Assembly: GCA_036496285.1 (NCBI GenBank)
Contig: DASXLI010000055.1
Span: 3,692-67,691 of the forward strand
Direction of reading: 5' to 3'
Length of the DNA: 64,000 bases
Origin: Candidatus Binatia bacterium
GTDB lineage: Bacteria > Desulfobacterota > Binatia > UTPRO1
Position 1 is the stretch's first letter; every line of letters starts with the position of its first letter. The position numbers and the translations under genes are program-made. Below, piece after piece: positions 39,283-48,848 of the stretch. The notes under the pieces were generated by a model. That model worked only from the letters and a program-made list of their open reading frames with translations, was not told the origin of the DNA and ran no database searches.

Positions 39283-42051
39283 TCAATGCGTCTTGCCCTT
39301 GAAGCTCTCCGCATCGTTCTGCTGGATGTCGAAGCCGTCCTCGTAGTCGGCTCCCCAGCAACGCCGGGTGGTACCATCGGCGCGCCGCAGCTGGACGGTG
39401 AGCCGCGGGACCACCGGCGTGGCAGGAAGCTCGAGCGCGGCGCCGCGCCCCTTCAAGAAGATCTTTGCGCGCCCGTCACCATCGTGCAGCTTGACGTCCG
39501 TGAGCCCGTCGCTCGCCGCCGATCGGTCCTTGTAGGTGAACCCGCCGTTGGTGAAGCGCCAGCATGGCGAGCCGCCGCAGCTCAGCGCGCCAACCGGCGG
39601 GCTCGCGGCCAGCAGTAGGACGGGATCGCCGCCGGGCCCTGATCGATCGTAGACGCAGAGCGTGTAGCGGCTCACGGTGAGCGGATTGCCGAAGTCGTTT
39701 TCCACGGTGCTGCCGTGGTTCCACCGCCAGACGAGCCTGCGATGGGCGGGGTCAGCGCCTTGCCGCATGAGGAGCCGGGTCGAGCCGGCAGACATACAGG
39801 TGGGCTCCGGGACGGGATTGCCGGCGCAGACACCGCCGAGACAGCGATCGAACGTGCAGAGGTTGCCGTCGTCGCACGCCGTGCCGTCGGGGAATGCCGG
39901 CGACGAGTAGACACAGGCGCCGGTGCCGCCATCGCAAAAGCCAGGGCTCGCATGGCACTGCGTGTCGCACTCGATCGGCGCGTTGCGACATCCCGTGCCG
40001 GGATCGGCGCCCGCACCGCCCGGGTCGCAGCTGTCGGTGGTGCACAGGTTGCCGTCATCGCAGTCGGCGGCCGAGGTGCAGATGGTAATGCTGGTCGTGC
40101 TCCGGAAGATGCCGTCTACCGCCGCGGCGTAGGCCGTTGCGCCCGTGGTCGGATCGACGGCGAACCCTTGCACGTAGTTGCTCAGGCCCGCGGAGCTGAC
40201 CGAGTTCCAGGTGGCGCCCGAATCAGTGGACTTGTCCACGGTCATCTGGTCGGCAGCGAAGAGGGTAGCCGGGTGGAGCGGATCGATCGCGAGCGGGCTG
40301 CCGCCGCCGCTCGGCCCGACCAAGGTCCATGAGGCGCCCGCATCGGCGCTCCGGTACACCCCCAGCGCCTCGACGTAGAGGATGTCGGAGTTCGTCGGAT
40401 CGATGATCACGTTGCTGAAGCCGATGCTCGACGGGTTTGGAAAGCCGTTGTTGATGGCCGTCCAGGAGGCGGCGCCGTCGAGACTCTTGAACACGCCGTG
40501 AAACGCGAGGCTCGCGTAGACCGTTCCCTCGTGCTGCGGGTCGGGTGCCACCGACATGATGAAGGGAATCGGCAGTCCGCTGTTCATCACGGCCCACGTC
40601 GCTCCGCCGTCGGCGCTCTTCTGGAAGCCGTCGCCTTGCGTGCCCATGTAGAGCACCGACGGCGCCAGGGGATCGACGGCGATCCAGTTGACGAAGGGCG
40701 CGTTCTGCGCGGCGCTCCATGTCCAGGTGGTCCCCGCATCACTGCTGCGGAAGATGCCACTGGTCGTGGCCAGGTAGATCTTCGCCGAGTCGGTCGGGTC
40801 GATCACGACCTGCAGGACGTTCGCATCCGCGATGGCGGAGGTGAACGCCGGCGTCCGCGCCGCGGGTCCGATCTGCGACCACGACACGCCGCCGTCGACG
40901 CTCTTCACGACGCTCGCCGGACCGTCGGCATTGCCGCCGCCGTACAACGTCGCGGGGGCGTGCGGATCGACCGCGACCGTCACCATGCCCGTGTGCCTGA
41001 TGCCGCTCGTGCGCAATGCCCACGTCGCGCCAGCGTCGGTGCTGCGGAACACGCCGCCCTGCGTGCCGGCAAAGACGATCGACGGAAGGATCGGAATCAA
41101 CGCGAGGCCGTCGACGACGTGCCCCTCGAGTCCGCTGCCAAGCGGTGCCCACGTGGCCGCGAAGTCCGTGCTGACGAACACCGGGTGCTGCGCATCGTCG
41201 GTGAGGGCGGCGTACAGCGTCCCCGCGGTCCCCGGCTGCGCCGCGAGAGCGACGACGCAGCCCGTCGCGCTCGGCAATCCCGTGTTGCTCGCGCTCCACG
41301 TGCTGCCACCGTCGATGCTGCGATACATCCCCAGCGCGCAGCCGCCCGCGTACACCTTGCTCGAACTCGTCGGGTCGACGGCCAGGAACTGCACGCCTGG
41401 GCCCGGGAGGCCGGTGGTGCTGAGCGTCCACGTCGACGCGCCGTCGCTGCTCTTGAAGACGCCGTCGAACGTGGCGGCGTAGAGGACCTGCGGGTTGGCG
41501 GGATCGATGGCCAGCGCCGACACGACGAGCTGCGTCAGGCCGCTATTGGAGGCGCTGAAGAGACCACCGCCGTTCGTGCTGCGGTACACGCCATGTTGCG
41601 TCGCCAGATACAGATTGCTCGGGTTGAGCGGATCGATCACGAATGCCGCGTACGGATCGCTGGGCGTACCGATGGTGGAGCTCCAGCTCGCCCCGCCGTT
41701 CGTGCTGCGGTACACGCCGCCGAAGGTGGCGGCAAAGAGGATCTGTGAGTTGTGAGGATTGACGACGATCTGGCTGACGGCGAGGGTCCCGAGGCCGATG
41801 CTCGAGAGCGTCCAGCTCATGCCGCCGTTCGAGCTCTTGTAGATGCCGCGCCCCTCGCCGTCGTCCGGGCCGGCGAAGACCGCGGCATAGACGGTCGATG
41901 GATTCCCGGGGTCGACGGCGATTGCGCTGATCGTACCGCCGTCCGGGCCGATCGGCACCCACGCCCGCCCAACACCGGGTGACAAGACGATGAACGGAAG
42001 CGTCGCGAGAAGCACACGTCGGGCGAGCAGGGTGAGAAGGGGGATTCGCAT
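39283..42051 (-). CDS. large secreted BNR/Ycf48-like repeat protein with Myxococcus-type Cys-rich repeats and a conserved C-terminal module
   Basis: Signal peptide MRIPLLTLLARRVLLATLPFIVLS. About 13 S-x-D/N-G-G-x-S/T-W BNR repeats. CxxDxxCxxxxGxC repeats (DCDDGNLCTTDSCD...). A C-terminal roughly 170-aa module is shared with the FG-GAP protein at 51691..53694. Confidence 0.8.
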   Translation of the reverse strand: MRIPLLTLLARRVLLATLPFIVLSPGVGRAWVPIGPDGGTISAIAVDPGNPSTVYAAVFAGPDDGEGRGIYKSSNGGMSWTLSSIGLGTLAVSQIVVNPHNSQILFAATFGGVYRSTNGGASWSSTIGTPSDPYAAFVIDPLNPSNLYLATQHGVYRSTNGGGLFSASNSGLTQLVVSALAIDPANPQVLYAATFDGVFKSSDGASTWTLSTTGLPGPGVQFLAVDPTSSSKVYAGGCALGMYRSIDGGSTWSASNTGLPSATGCVVALAAQPGTAGTLYAALTDDAQHPVFVSTDFAATWAPLGSGLEGHVVDGLALIPILPSIVFAGTQGGVFRSTDAGATWALRTSGIRHTGMVTVAVDPHAPATLYGGGNADGPASVVKSVDGGVSWSQIGPAARTPAFTSAIADANVLQVVIDPTDSAKIYLATTSGIFRSSDAGTTWTWSAAQNAPFVNWIAVDPLAPSVLYMGTQGDGFQKSADGGATWAVMNSGLPIPFIMSVAPDPQHEGTVYASLAFHGVFKSLDGAASWTAINNGFPNPSSIGFSNVIIDPTNSDILYVEALGVYRSADAGASWTLVGPSGGGSPLAIDPLHPATLFAADQMTVDKSTDSGATWNSVSSAGLSNYVQGFAVDPTTGATAYAAAVDGIFRSTTSITICTSAADCDDGNLCTTDSCDPGGAGADPGTGCRNAPIECDTQCHASPGFCDGGTGACVYSSPAFPDGTACDDGNLCTFDRCLGGVCAGNPVPEPTCMSAGSTRLLMRQGADPAHRRLVWRWNHGSTVENDFGNPLTVSRYTLCVYDRSGPGGDPVLLLAASPPVGALSCGGSPCWRFTNGGFTYKDRSAASDGLTDVKLHDGDGRAKIFLKGRGAALELPATPVVPRLTVQLRRADGTTRRCWGADYEDGFDIQQNDAESFKGKTH

Positions 42052-42463
42052 GCGGCACCTCGAGCGCGGCGGTCGTGGGTTGCGAGGCCGGAAAGGGAAG
42101 GTGCCGCCGCGACGGCCTGCGAGCTGTACCACGCAGGGTTTCGAGCGCCAAGCGAAATCGCCCGCTCCGAGGCGCGACCGCCGAACTCTAACCCGCGTCG
42201 GGAGGAAGCAACTACGATCTGCGTCGCGGTCGCCGAATTGGCGCACGAATTTCGCTCCCTATGCGATCCGCAACGTGGGTACGCGCACTGCCCCATCCAG
42301 CGGCGAATGGCGGATCACGCACGTCCACGACTCGGTGCCGTTCGCGATGGACGGCAGCGGCCGCGCCCTCCTCGACTTGAAGCCCTGAGGTGCGCGTCGC
42401 AGCCGTCGTTTGGCTGTGGCCGCGCGCGTCGCTACGGTGACCCCAACCCCCGGAGGATTGGCC

Positions 42464-44359
42464 ATGTACCGTTTCGCCTCGAAGCCTCGGCCGCGCGTGC
42501 AGATCGCCGATGCCATCGCCGTCGCGCTCGCGCTCGTCTCCGTGCTGATCGCGCCGCGGCTCGTGCCGGCGGCGAACGTGACGCTCACGGCGAAGGATGC
42601 CGGCGGCGCCGTGCTGGCCACGAACGTCGAGAACGTGCCGCTGGGGACCGTGGCGCGTCCGATGCGCCTGGGCGGCAACGCGTTCGTGCCGATCACGTTG
42701 CAAGACGCGGGCGACACCACGTGCGGCGCCGGGCGGCTCGACGGGGCGGGGACGCCCTGCGCGGCGGGCAACGCGCGTGAGTGGACGATCGAGACGGGGT
42801 CGGTGGCGAATCTGCCGGGCGTCGCGAGCCTCACGATCGAGGTCGGCGCGCCTTCGGAGGTCTGCGACTGCACGTCGAGCTTCGCGTCGAGCCGCTGCTG
42901 CGCCACGACGTCGATGGTCGCGACCGGGTCGCCGAGCGGCGGCACGCATTCGCTGCGCTTCCTGCTGCCGCCGCCGAGCGCCGGCTGCGCCGTCGCAATC
43001 GTGGGCCAATGCGAGGGCGCCGCGTGCGTGAAGCTTGCGACGACGCCCTCCGGGACCGTGCTGCAGCTCGACGACGTCGATCAGAACGGACGCTGTGAGT
43101 GGCCGCCGGGTCAGACGAAGATCGCCGGGACGCTGCGCTTCGACGCCGCGACGCCGATCGAGTTCAGCGGCAACACCACGATCCGCGCCGGGGAGATCGT
43201 CGTCGAGGACGGCGGGCTGCTCGCGAGCGTCGCCACGACCACGTTCGACGCCTTCGCCGCCCACGACCTGACGCTGATCGCCACGGGATCGATCACCGCG
43301 CGCGGGCGGCTCGATCTCGTGGTGGCGGACGACCTCGCGCTCGAGGCCGACAACGGCGACCTCACGCTCCTCGGCTCGACGACGTTGCGCGCGGCCGATC
43401 ATGCGACGATCGTGGCGCGCGCCGCCGACGTCACGATCGTCGCGCCCGCGGCAGAGCCCGGCGATGTCTTCGGCGGGAGCCTCGCGGCCGTCCTCGCCCC
43501 CGGCCCCGCCGGCAACATCGCCATCACCGGGCACGTCCACGTCGGATCGCACCGCCGGGTGGCGGTGTCGAATCGTACCGGGGTCTCGGTTGTCGGGACG
43601 AAGGAGCTGCGCGTCGCCGATGGCGCCGTCCTCACCACCGATCAGGCGCGTACCGGGACCGCCGGCACGACGCCGAGCGACGTCGAGCTGCGCGCGAGCG
43701 GGCCGATCGTCGTGAGCGGCGACGTCCTGGTCGACTCGGGGCGGAACATCCGCATCCAGAGCGACAATCCACACGCGCAGATATGTCTCGCTGGCGGCGC
43801 TACGCTCGAGGCGGCACGGCCGGAGCGCGCTGGCGACGCGATCGCGACTGGACGGATCGTCCTCGCCGGCGCTACGACGCCGATCTTCGATGACGGGACG
43901 ACGACGTTCGCCGGCAACCTCCGCGGCAACGTGCAGCAGGGCGCGTGCGGTCCGGCGGCGACCCCGACGATCGCCGCGACCGGCGGCGCGCCGGGCGCAA
44001 CCCCGTCCGCTCCGGCACCGTCGGCGACGGCGACGCCCGGCGCCGCGGAATGGCGATTCTACGTGCGCATCGCCCGCGACTTCGGCACCGACACCAATGT
44101 GCACGTTCCGCGGACCTCGACCGAGCCGCCGATCGTGATCGCGATTCCCGACGCGGAGGTCTCGCTGTTCCGTAGCGGCGATCAAGTGGCGGCTGACGAG
44201 ATTGCCGCCGCGGATCCGGACACGCTCGCGCGCCTGACCGACGCGGCGGCGGCACACATCGCGGGCCACCCGGACGACTACCCCGGCTTCACCTCCGTGG
44301 TGACGCTCGTCTGGGCCGAGCGCCAGCGCCCAGGGCCGTCGCCGACGCCGACCCCGTGA
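42464..44359 (+). CDS. hypothetical secreted protein, probably beta-helix-like (Thr/Ala/Gly-rich repeats)
   Basis: Good RBS (GGAGGA) 6 nt upstream of the ATG. Signal peptide IADAIAVALALVSVLIA. No recognisable catalytic motif. Confidence 0.55.
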   Translation: MYRFASKPRPRVQIADAIAVALALVSVLIAPRLVPAANVTLTAKDAGGAVLATNVENVPLGTVARPMRLGGNAFVPITLQDAGDTTCGAGRLDGAGTPCAAGNAREWTIETGSVANLPGVASLTIEVGAPSEVCDCTSSFASSRCCATTSMVATGSPSGGTHSLRFLLPPPSAGCAVAIVGQCEGAACVKLATTPSGTVLQLDDVDQNGRCEWPPGQTKIAGTLRFDAATPIEFSGNTTIRAGEIVVEDGGLLASVATTTFDAFAAHDLTLIATGSITARGRLDLVVADDLALEADNGDLTLLGSTTLRAADHATIVARAADVTIVAPAAEPGDVFGGSLAAVLAPGPAGNIAITGHVHVGSHRRVAVSNRTGVSVVGTKELRVADGAVLTTDQARTGTAGTTPSDVELRASGPIVVSGDVLVDSGRNIRIQSDNPHAQICLAGGATLEAARPERAGDAIATGRIVLAGATTPIFDDGTTTFAGNLRGNVQQGACGPAATPTIAATGGAPGATPSAPAPSATATPGAAEWRFYVRIARDFGTDTNVHVPRTSTEPPIVIAIPDAEVSLFRSGDQVAADEIAAADPDTLARLTDAAAAHIAGHPDDYPGFTSVVTLVWAERQRPGPSPTPTP

Positions 44360-44436
44360 CGCGCCACGCGCCGTGAGCCCGGACGATTGACGCTCGCGCG
44401 CGGACCGATGCACAGTAGACGGGGAGGCGCACACCA

Positions 44437-45498
44437 ATGGCGCGTCGGATCTCCGGGGTAGTCGCCGCGGCGCTGGTTTTCGGGCTCGCGGCGCTCGCAC
44501 ACGGCGGCATGCTGCACGTGGCCGGCAACGGCGTCGACGGCCCCAGCTGCGGGATCGGCGGGCCGTCGCCGTGCGGCGGCAAGGCGAACCCGTGCCGCTC
44601 GATCACCTGCGCGATCAGGGTCGCCGCGGCCGGCGACGCGATCGTCGTCGGTCCCGGCGTCTATGGAGACCTCAACCAAAATGGAACGCTCAACGAGACC
44701 GGCGAGGAGGGCGGCGAGGCCTACGCCCCCGGGTGCGCCTGCGTGGTCGCGGTCAACAAGCCCGTAAGCATCACCTCGAGCGACGGCGCGGCGTCGACCA
44801 TCATCGAGGCACGGACCGTGAACGTCGTCCAGAACGTGCTCGTGATCACCGAGGGGGGCGAGTTCGGCAAGCCAGGGAAGGGCTTCACGGTGACCCAGAC
44901 CCAGCAATCGACCGGCGACGGCATCGTGATCGACTCCACGAACGTCAAGGTGCGGGGCAACGAGGTCGTCGGCCGGGAGACGGCGTTGCTCTCCGCCGTG
45001 GGCATCGATACCGTGGCGGCGCCGGAAACGATCCTCATCGAGGCCAATCACGTCGTTGGATGGGGCGTCGGAATCCGCGCGCAAAGCACCGGCAAGACGC
45101 TGCGCGCGAATCAGGTCGCGACGAACATCCACGGCATCGAGGCGGCGGCGGGCCTCGTCGTCGGCAACGTCGCGACGCAGAACAGCGAGGTCGGGATCTC
45201 GCTCTCCGGTCCGGTGACTGCGACCGGGAACGCCGCGTACGGGAACGGCAGCGAGGGCGGATTCCGCGTGCTCGGCTCCTTCACCGGCACGCTCGAGAAG
45301 AACAACATCTATGGCAATGGCTGCGGTCTGGAGAACCTCGGGATCCTCGGGCTCTCGGTCGCGAAGAACTTCTGGGGTGCCGCGATCAGACCCGGTCCCG
45401 ACCCGGCCGATGACGTCTGCGATCTGGACGGCGGCACGACGAGCGCGCCCCAGCCGGCGTCGAAGCCGTTCAAGGTGAAGGCGCCGATCAAGTTGTGA
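44437..45498 (+). CDS. secreted right-handed parallel beta-helix repeat protein (pectate-lyase-fold / NosD-like)
   Basis: Signal peptide. Repeated hydrophobic-Asn/Gly turn units (IVIDSTNVKVRGNEV..., ILIEANHVVGWGVGI..., NNIYGNG). Confidence 0.65.
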   Translation: MARRISGVVAAALVFGLAALAHGGMLHVAGNGVDGPSCGIGGPSPCGGKANPCRSITCAIRVAAAGDAIVVGPGVYGDLNQNGTLNETGEEGGEAYAPGCACVVAVNKPVSITSSDGAASTIIEARTVNVVQNVLVITEGGEFGKPGKGFTVTQTQQSTGDGIVIDSTNVKVRGNEVVGRETALLSAVGIDTVAAPETILIEANHVVGWGVGIRAQSTGKTLRANQVATNIHGIEAAAGLVVGNVATQNSEVGISLSGPVTATGNAAYGNGSEGGFRVLGSFTGTLEKNNIYGNGCGLENLGILGLSVAKNFWGAAIRPGPDPADDVCDLDGGTTSAPQPASKPFKVKAPIKL

Positions 45499-45648
45499 CC
45501 GCCCAGGTGCGCCGCAGGTCGACGGCGCCTTCGCAAAGCCGGGAATCCGCGGCCAATCGTTGTCATCCCTCGGAAACGGTCGGCGCCGTCATCGCTTGCG
45601 GCAGCAGCGTCGCGTCATGGCATCGGGCTTGCTGCCCGTCCTCCAATC

Positions 45649-47415
45649 GTGGCTCGCATGGTCGAGGATCTCGTCATCGGAATGGCCGGCTCGGGCGGCG
45701 ACGGCATCGTGAGCGCGGGCGAATCGCTGATCTCGGCCTGCGCCGCCATGGGCTATCACGCCATGATGACGAAGAGCTTCGGCTCGCAGATCCGCGGCGG
45801 CGAATCCTCCTGCCGCGTTCGAATGGCGACCGGTGCCGTCCGTAATCCCGGCGGGACGCTCGATGTTGCCGTCGCGCTCAACTGGGAGGACTTCCTCAAG
45901 TTCGGTGCCGAGCTGCCGGTCGGCGACGACACGCTGGTGCTCTACGAGGCGAAGACCGGCGTGGCGCCGGACGCCCTGCCGCTCGACGGAGTCACGCCGG
46001 CCGAAGCGGTCGCGGTGCCGATCGCGGACATGGCCCGGACGGCTACCGGAAGCGACAAGGGCAAGAGCAGCGTCGTGCTCGGTCTGCTCGCAGGTTGGTG
46101 CGGGATCGGCCGGGACGCGATCCTCGCAGGCATCCGGAAGAAATTTGCGAAGAAGGACGAGCGGTTGGTCGAGGCGAACGAGAAAGCGTTCGCCCTCGGC
46201 GTCCAGTACGCCGAGGCGCATCCGCTGGCGACGCCGCGCACCATCGAGCCCGCCGTTGCGGGCGAGCCGAGGATGCTCACCGACGGCAACGACATCTGCG
46301 CCGCCGCAGCCATCTTCGCCGGCTGCGACTTCTTCAGCGGGTACCCGATCACGCCGTCGACGGAGGTGATGCAGCTCTTCACGCGCGAGATCTGGAAATA
46401 CGGCGGCGCCGTCCTGCAAGCGGAGGACGAGATCGCCGGCATAGGCGCCGCGCTCGGCGCCTCCTTCGGCGGCAAGAAGGCCATGACCGCAACGTCGGGT
46501 CCGGGCATGTCGCTCAAGACCGAGATCATGGGCCTGGCGTCGATTGCCGAGCTTCCGCTCGTCGTCGTGGACGTGCAGCGCGGCGGTCCGTCGACCGGCA
46601 TGCCGACCAAACCCGAGCAGTCGGACGTGTTCCAGGCGATCTTCTCCGCGCACGGTGACGTGGTCAGGCCGGTACTCGCGCCGACCTGCGTGTCGGACAC
46701 GTTCGAGGTCACCGTCGAGGCGTTCAACATCGCGGAGCAGTTCCAGACGCCGGTGGTGGTCCTGTCCGATCAGGAGATCGCGCAGCGCAAGGAGGTCATC
46801 GAGGTCATCGACACCGCGCGCTTCCAGGTGGTCGAGCGTCAGCGCCCCGATGCCGCCGAGCTTGCGCGGTACGAGCGTTTTCGCTTGACGGCAAACGGCG
46901 TCAGCCCGGTTTCGCATCCCGGGATGCAGGGCGGCAACTACGTCGGCGCCGGCATCGAGCACGACGAGCACGGCGATCCCACGGCAAACGGCCGCGTCCA
47001 TCAGCGCATGAACGAGAAGCGTCTCCACAAGCTCGACCCGTTGCGCGAGCGCGACGACCTGCTTCGCATCGAGGGTGACCCGAGCGCGCCTCTGGCGCTC
47101 GTCAGCTGGGGCTCCACCGCCGGCGTGTGCCGCGAGGCGCTGGATCTCGCGACCGCCCAGGGGCTACGCGTCAAGCTCCTGGTGCCGTACCTGCTCTACC
47201 CGGTGAACGAGCGCGTCTATCGCGGGTTTTTCGCGACCGTCCAGGCCGGCCTGGTCGTGGAGCAATCCTATCTCGGTCAGCTCTACCGCGTGTTGCGGAT
47301 GATGGTGGACGTCCCCGCCGGGCTCGAGTCCTTCTGCCGTTCCGGCGCCAACCCGTTTCGTCCCGCTGAGATCGTGCGGGAGCTGCAGCTTCGTGCCGGA
47401 AAGGAGTCCCGATGA
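45649..47415 (+). CDS. korA: 2-oxoacid:ferredoxin oxidoreductase subunit alpha (KorA)
   Basis: Fused gamma-alpha architecture, about 588 aa, with a pyruvate-flavodoxin/ferredoxin oxidoreductase domain. Stop overlaps the korB start. Confidence 0.85.
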   Translation: MARMVEDLVIGMAGSGGDGIVSAGESLISACAAMGYHAMMTKSFGSQIRGGESSCRVRMATGAVRNPGGTLDVAVALNWEDFLKFGAELPVGDDTLVLYEAKTGVAPDALPLDGVTPAEAVAVPIADMARTATGSDKGKSSVVLGLLAGWCGIGRDAILAGIRKKFAKKDERLVEANEKAFALGVQYAEAHPLATPRTIEPAVAGEPRMLTDGNDICAAAAIFAGCDFFSGYPITPSTEVMQLFTREIWKYGGAVLQAEDEIAGIGAALGASFGGKKAMTATSGPGMSLKTEIMGLASIAELPLVVVDVQRGGPSTGMPTKPEQSDVFQAIFSAHGDVVRPVLAPTCVSDTFEVTVEAFNIAEQFQTPVVVLSDQEIAQRKEVIEVIDTARFQVVERQRPDAAELARYERFRLTANGVSPVSHPGMQGGNYVGAGIEHDEHGDPTANGRVHQRMNEKRLHKLDPLRERDDLLRIEGDPSAPLALVSWGSTAGVCREALDLATAQGLRVKLLVPYLLYPVNERVYRGFFATVQAGLVVEQSYLGQLYRVLRMMVDVPAGLESFCRSGANPFRPAEIVRELQLRAGKESR

Positions 47416-48287
47416 GTCTCCCGCCTAACCTCACGCCCCAGGACTTCAAGAGCGATCTCAAGCCCATCTGGTGTCCGGGATGCGGCGACTTCGGCGTCCT
47501 GCAGGCGATCTGTCGCGCGCTCGCCGCCATCGGACGACCGCCGCACGAGATCGCGTTCATCTCGGGCATCGGCTGCTCTTCGCGCATTCCCGGCTACACG
47601 GCTGCCTATGGCTTCAACAGCGTGCACGGGCGCGCTTTGCCGATCGCGCAAGGTCTCAAGCTGGCGCGGCCGGAGCTGCTCGTGCTCGTCGCGGGCGGCG
47701 ACGGCGACGGCTTCTCGATCGGCGGCGGCCACGTGCCGCATGCGGTTCGCCGCAACGACGACCTCACCTACATCGTGATGGACAACCAGATCTACGGCCT
47801 GACCAAGGGGCAACTCTCGCCCACCAGCCCGCAGGGACTGCACACCGTCACGTCGGGCTATGGCAGCCTCGAGAGCCCGGTCAATCCCCTGCTGTATGTG
47901 CTCGCGTATGGCGCGCCGTTCGTCGCGCAAGGGACGCCGGCCGACATGCCGGGCCTCACCGCGATGATCGAGGAGGCGATTCGTTTTCCCGGGTTCGCTT
48001 TCGTGAACGTGCGCTCGCCCTGCGTCACCTACGGCGAGGCGGATCAGCAGATCAAGATCCACAAGACCGTGATGCGCCGCCTCGAGGACCTCGATCACGA
48101 TCCCGGCAATCGCATCCAGGCGCTGGAGAAGGCCGAGACCTACGGCCAGGCGTTGCTCACCGGCATCTTCTACCGCAACCCGGCGCCCCGCCCGACGCTC
48201 GGCGCCGTCGTGCGCGAGCGCCAGCAGCAACTGATGGCCGGCGCTGCGCCACGCGACCGCATCCTCGACATGTTCGTCCAGCACTGA
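47412..48287 (+). CDS. korB: 2-oxoacid:ferredoxin oxidoreductase subunit beta (KorB, TPP-binding)
   Basis: Motifs WCPGCGDFG and GGDGDGFSIG. Confidence 0.85.
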   Translation: MSLPPNLTPQDFKSDLKPIWCPGCGDFGVLQAICRALAAIGRPPHEIAFISGIGCSSRIPGYTAAYGFNSVHGRALPIAQGLKLARPELLVLVAGGDGDGFSIGGGHVPHAVRRNDDLTYIVMDNQIYGLTKGQLSPTSPQGLHTVTSGYGSLESPVNPLLYVLAYGAPFVAQGTPADMPGLTAMIEEAIRFPGFAFVNVRSPCVTYGEADQQIKIHKTVMRRLEDLDHDPGNRIQALEKAETYGQALLTGIFYRNPAPRPTLGAVVRERQQQLMAGAAPRDRILDMFVQH

Positions 48288-48307
48288 AGGAGGAGGGGAA
48301 AACGACC

Positions 48308-48835
48308 ATGCGCGCGACCCGGAGCATCGATTTCGCCGCGCTGTCCCTGCAGGACGCTTTGGATCTCGCGGTCCTCATCGAAGAGGAGGCCCGCGACCGG
48401 TATCAGGAGTTCGCCGACCAGATGGAGATCCACCACACGCCGGAGGCCGCCCGCTTCTTTCGCTACATGGCCGACAACGAGGAAAAGCATCGGAGCACCC
48501 TCGTCGCGCGCCGGCGCGCGCGGTTCGGCGATGCGACCCCGGCGGTGACGAGGACGATGCTGTTCGACGTCGAGGCGCCTGACTACGACGAGGCGCGCGC
48601 ATTCATGACCGCCAGGGCAGCGTTGGAGACGGCCCTTCGCTGCGAGCAGAAGGCGGAGGCGTTCTTCGCCGCCGCGCTGCCCCAGCTCGGCGCAGCAGAC
48701 GTGCGCGCGCTCTTCGACGAGCTGCGGCGCGAAGAGATCGAGCACCAGGCGCTGATCCGACGACAGCTCGCCGATGCGCCGCCCGACCCTCTCCTCGGCG
48801 GTGATGACTTCGCCGACGAGCCGGTCGGGCAGTAG
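48308..48835 (+). CDS. ferritin-like / rubrerythrin-family protein
   Basis: Diiron-type ExxH-like helices (EEEARDRYQEFA...EEKH...EQKAEAFF...EIEHQ). Confidence 0.65.
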   Translation: MRATRSIDFAALSLQDALDLAVLIEEEARDRYQEFADQMEIHHTPEAARFFRYMADNEEKHRSTLVARRRARFGDATPAVTRTMLFDVEAPDYDEARAFMTARAALETALRCEQKAEAFFAAALPQLGAADVRALFDELRREEIEHQALIRRQLADAPPDPLLGGDDFADEPVGQ

Positions 48836-48848
48836 GAAGGAGTCGCCG

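Noticed and set aside
41990-42388. 132-aa ORF spanning the intergenic region upstream of the 42464 gene.
   Set aside because: It overlaps the signal-peptide start region of the BNR gene on the opposite strand. It has no motifs and no RBS, and it is basic and Arg-rich at the N-terminus like other artefactual ORFs.
44437-45498. Possible third copy of the shared C-terminal module in the beta-helix protein (which ends ...KPFKVKAPIKL, resembling the FKxK endings).
   Set aside because: Similarity is limited to the terminal FKxK. The upstream conserved Cys/Trp pattern (LC.YD...C.GKPCW) is absent.
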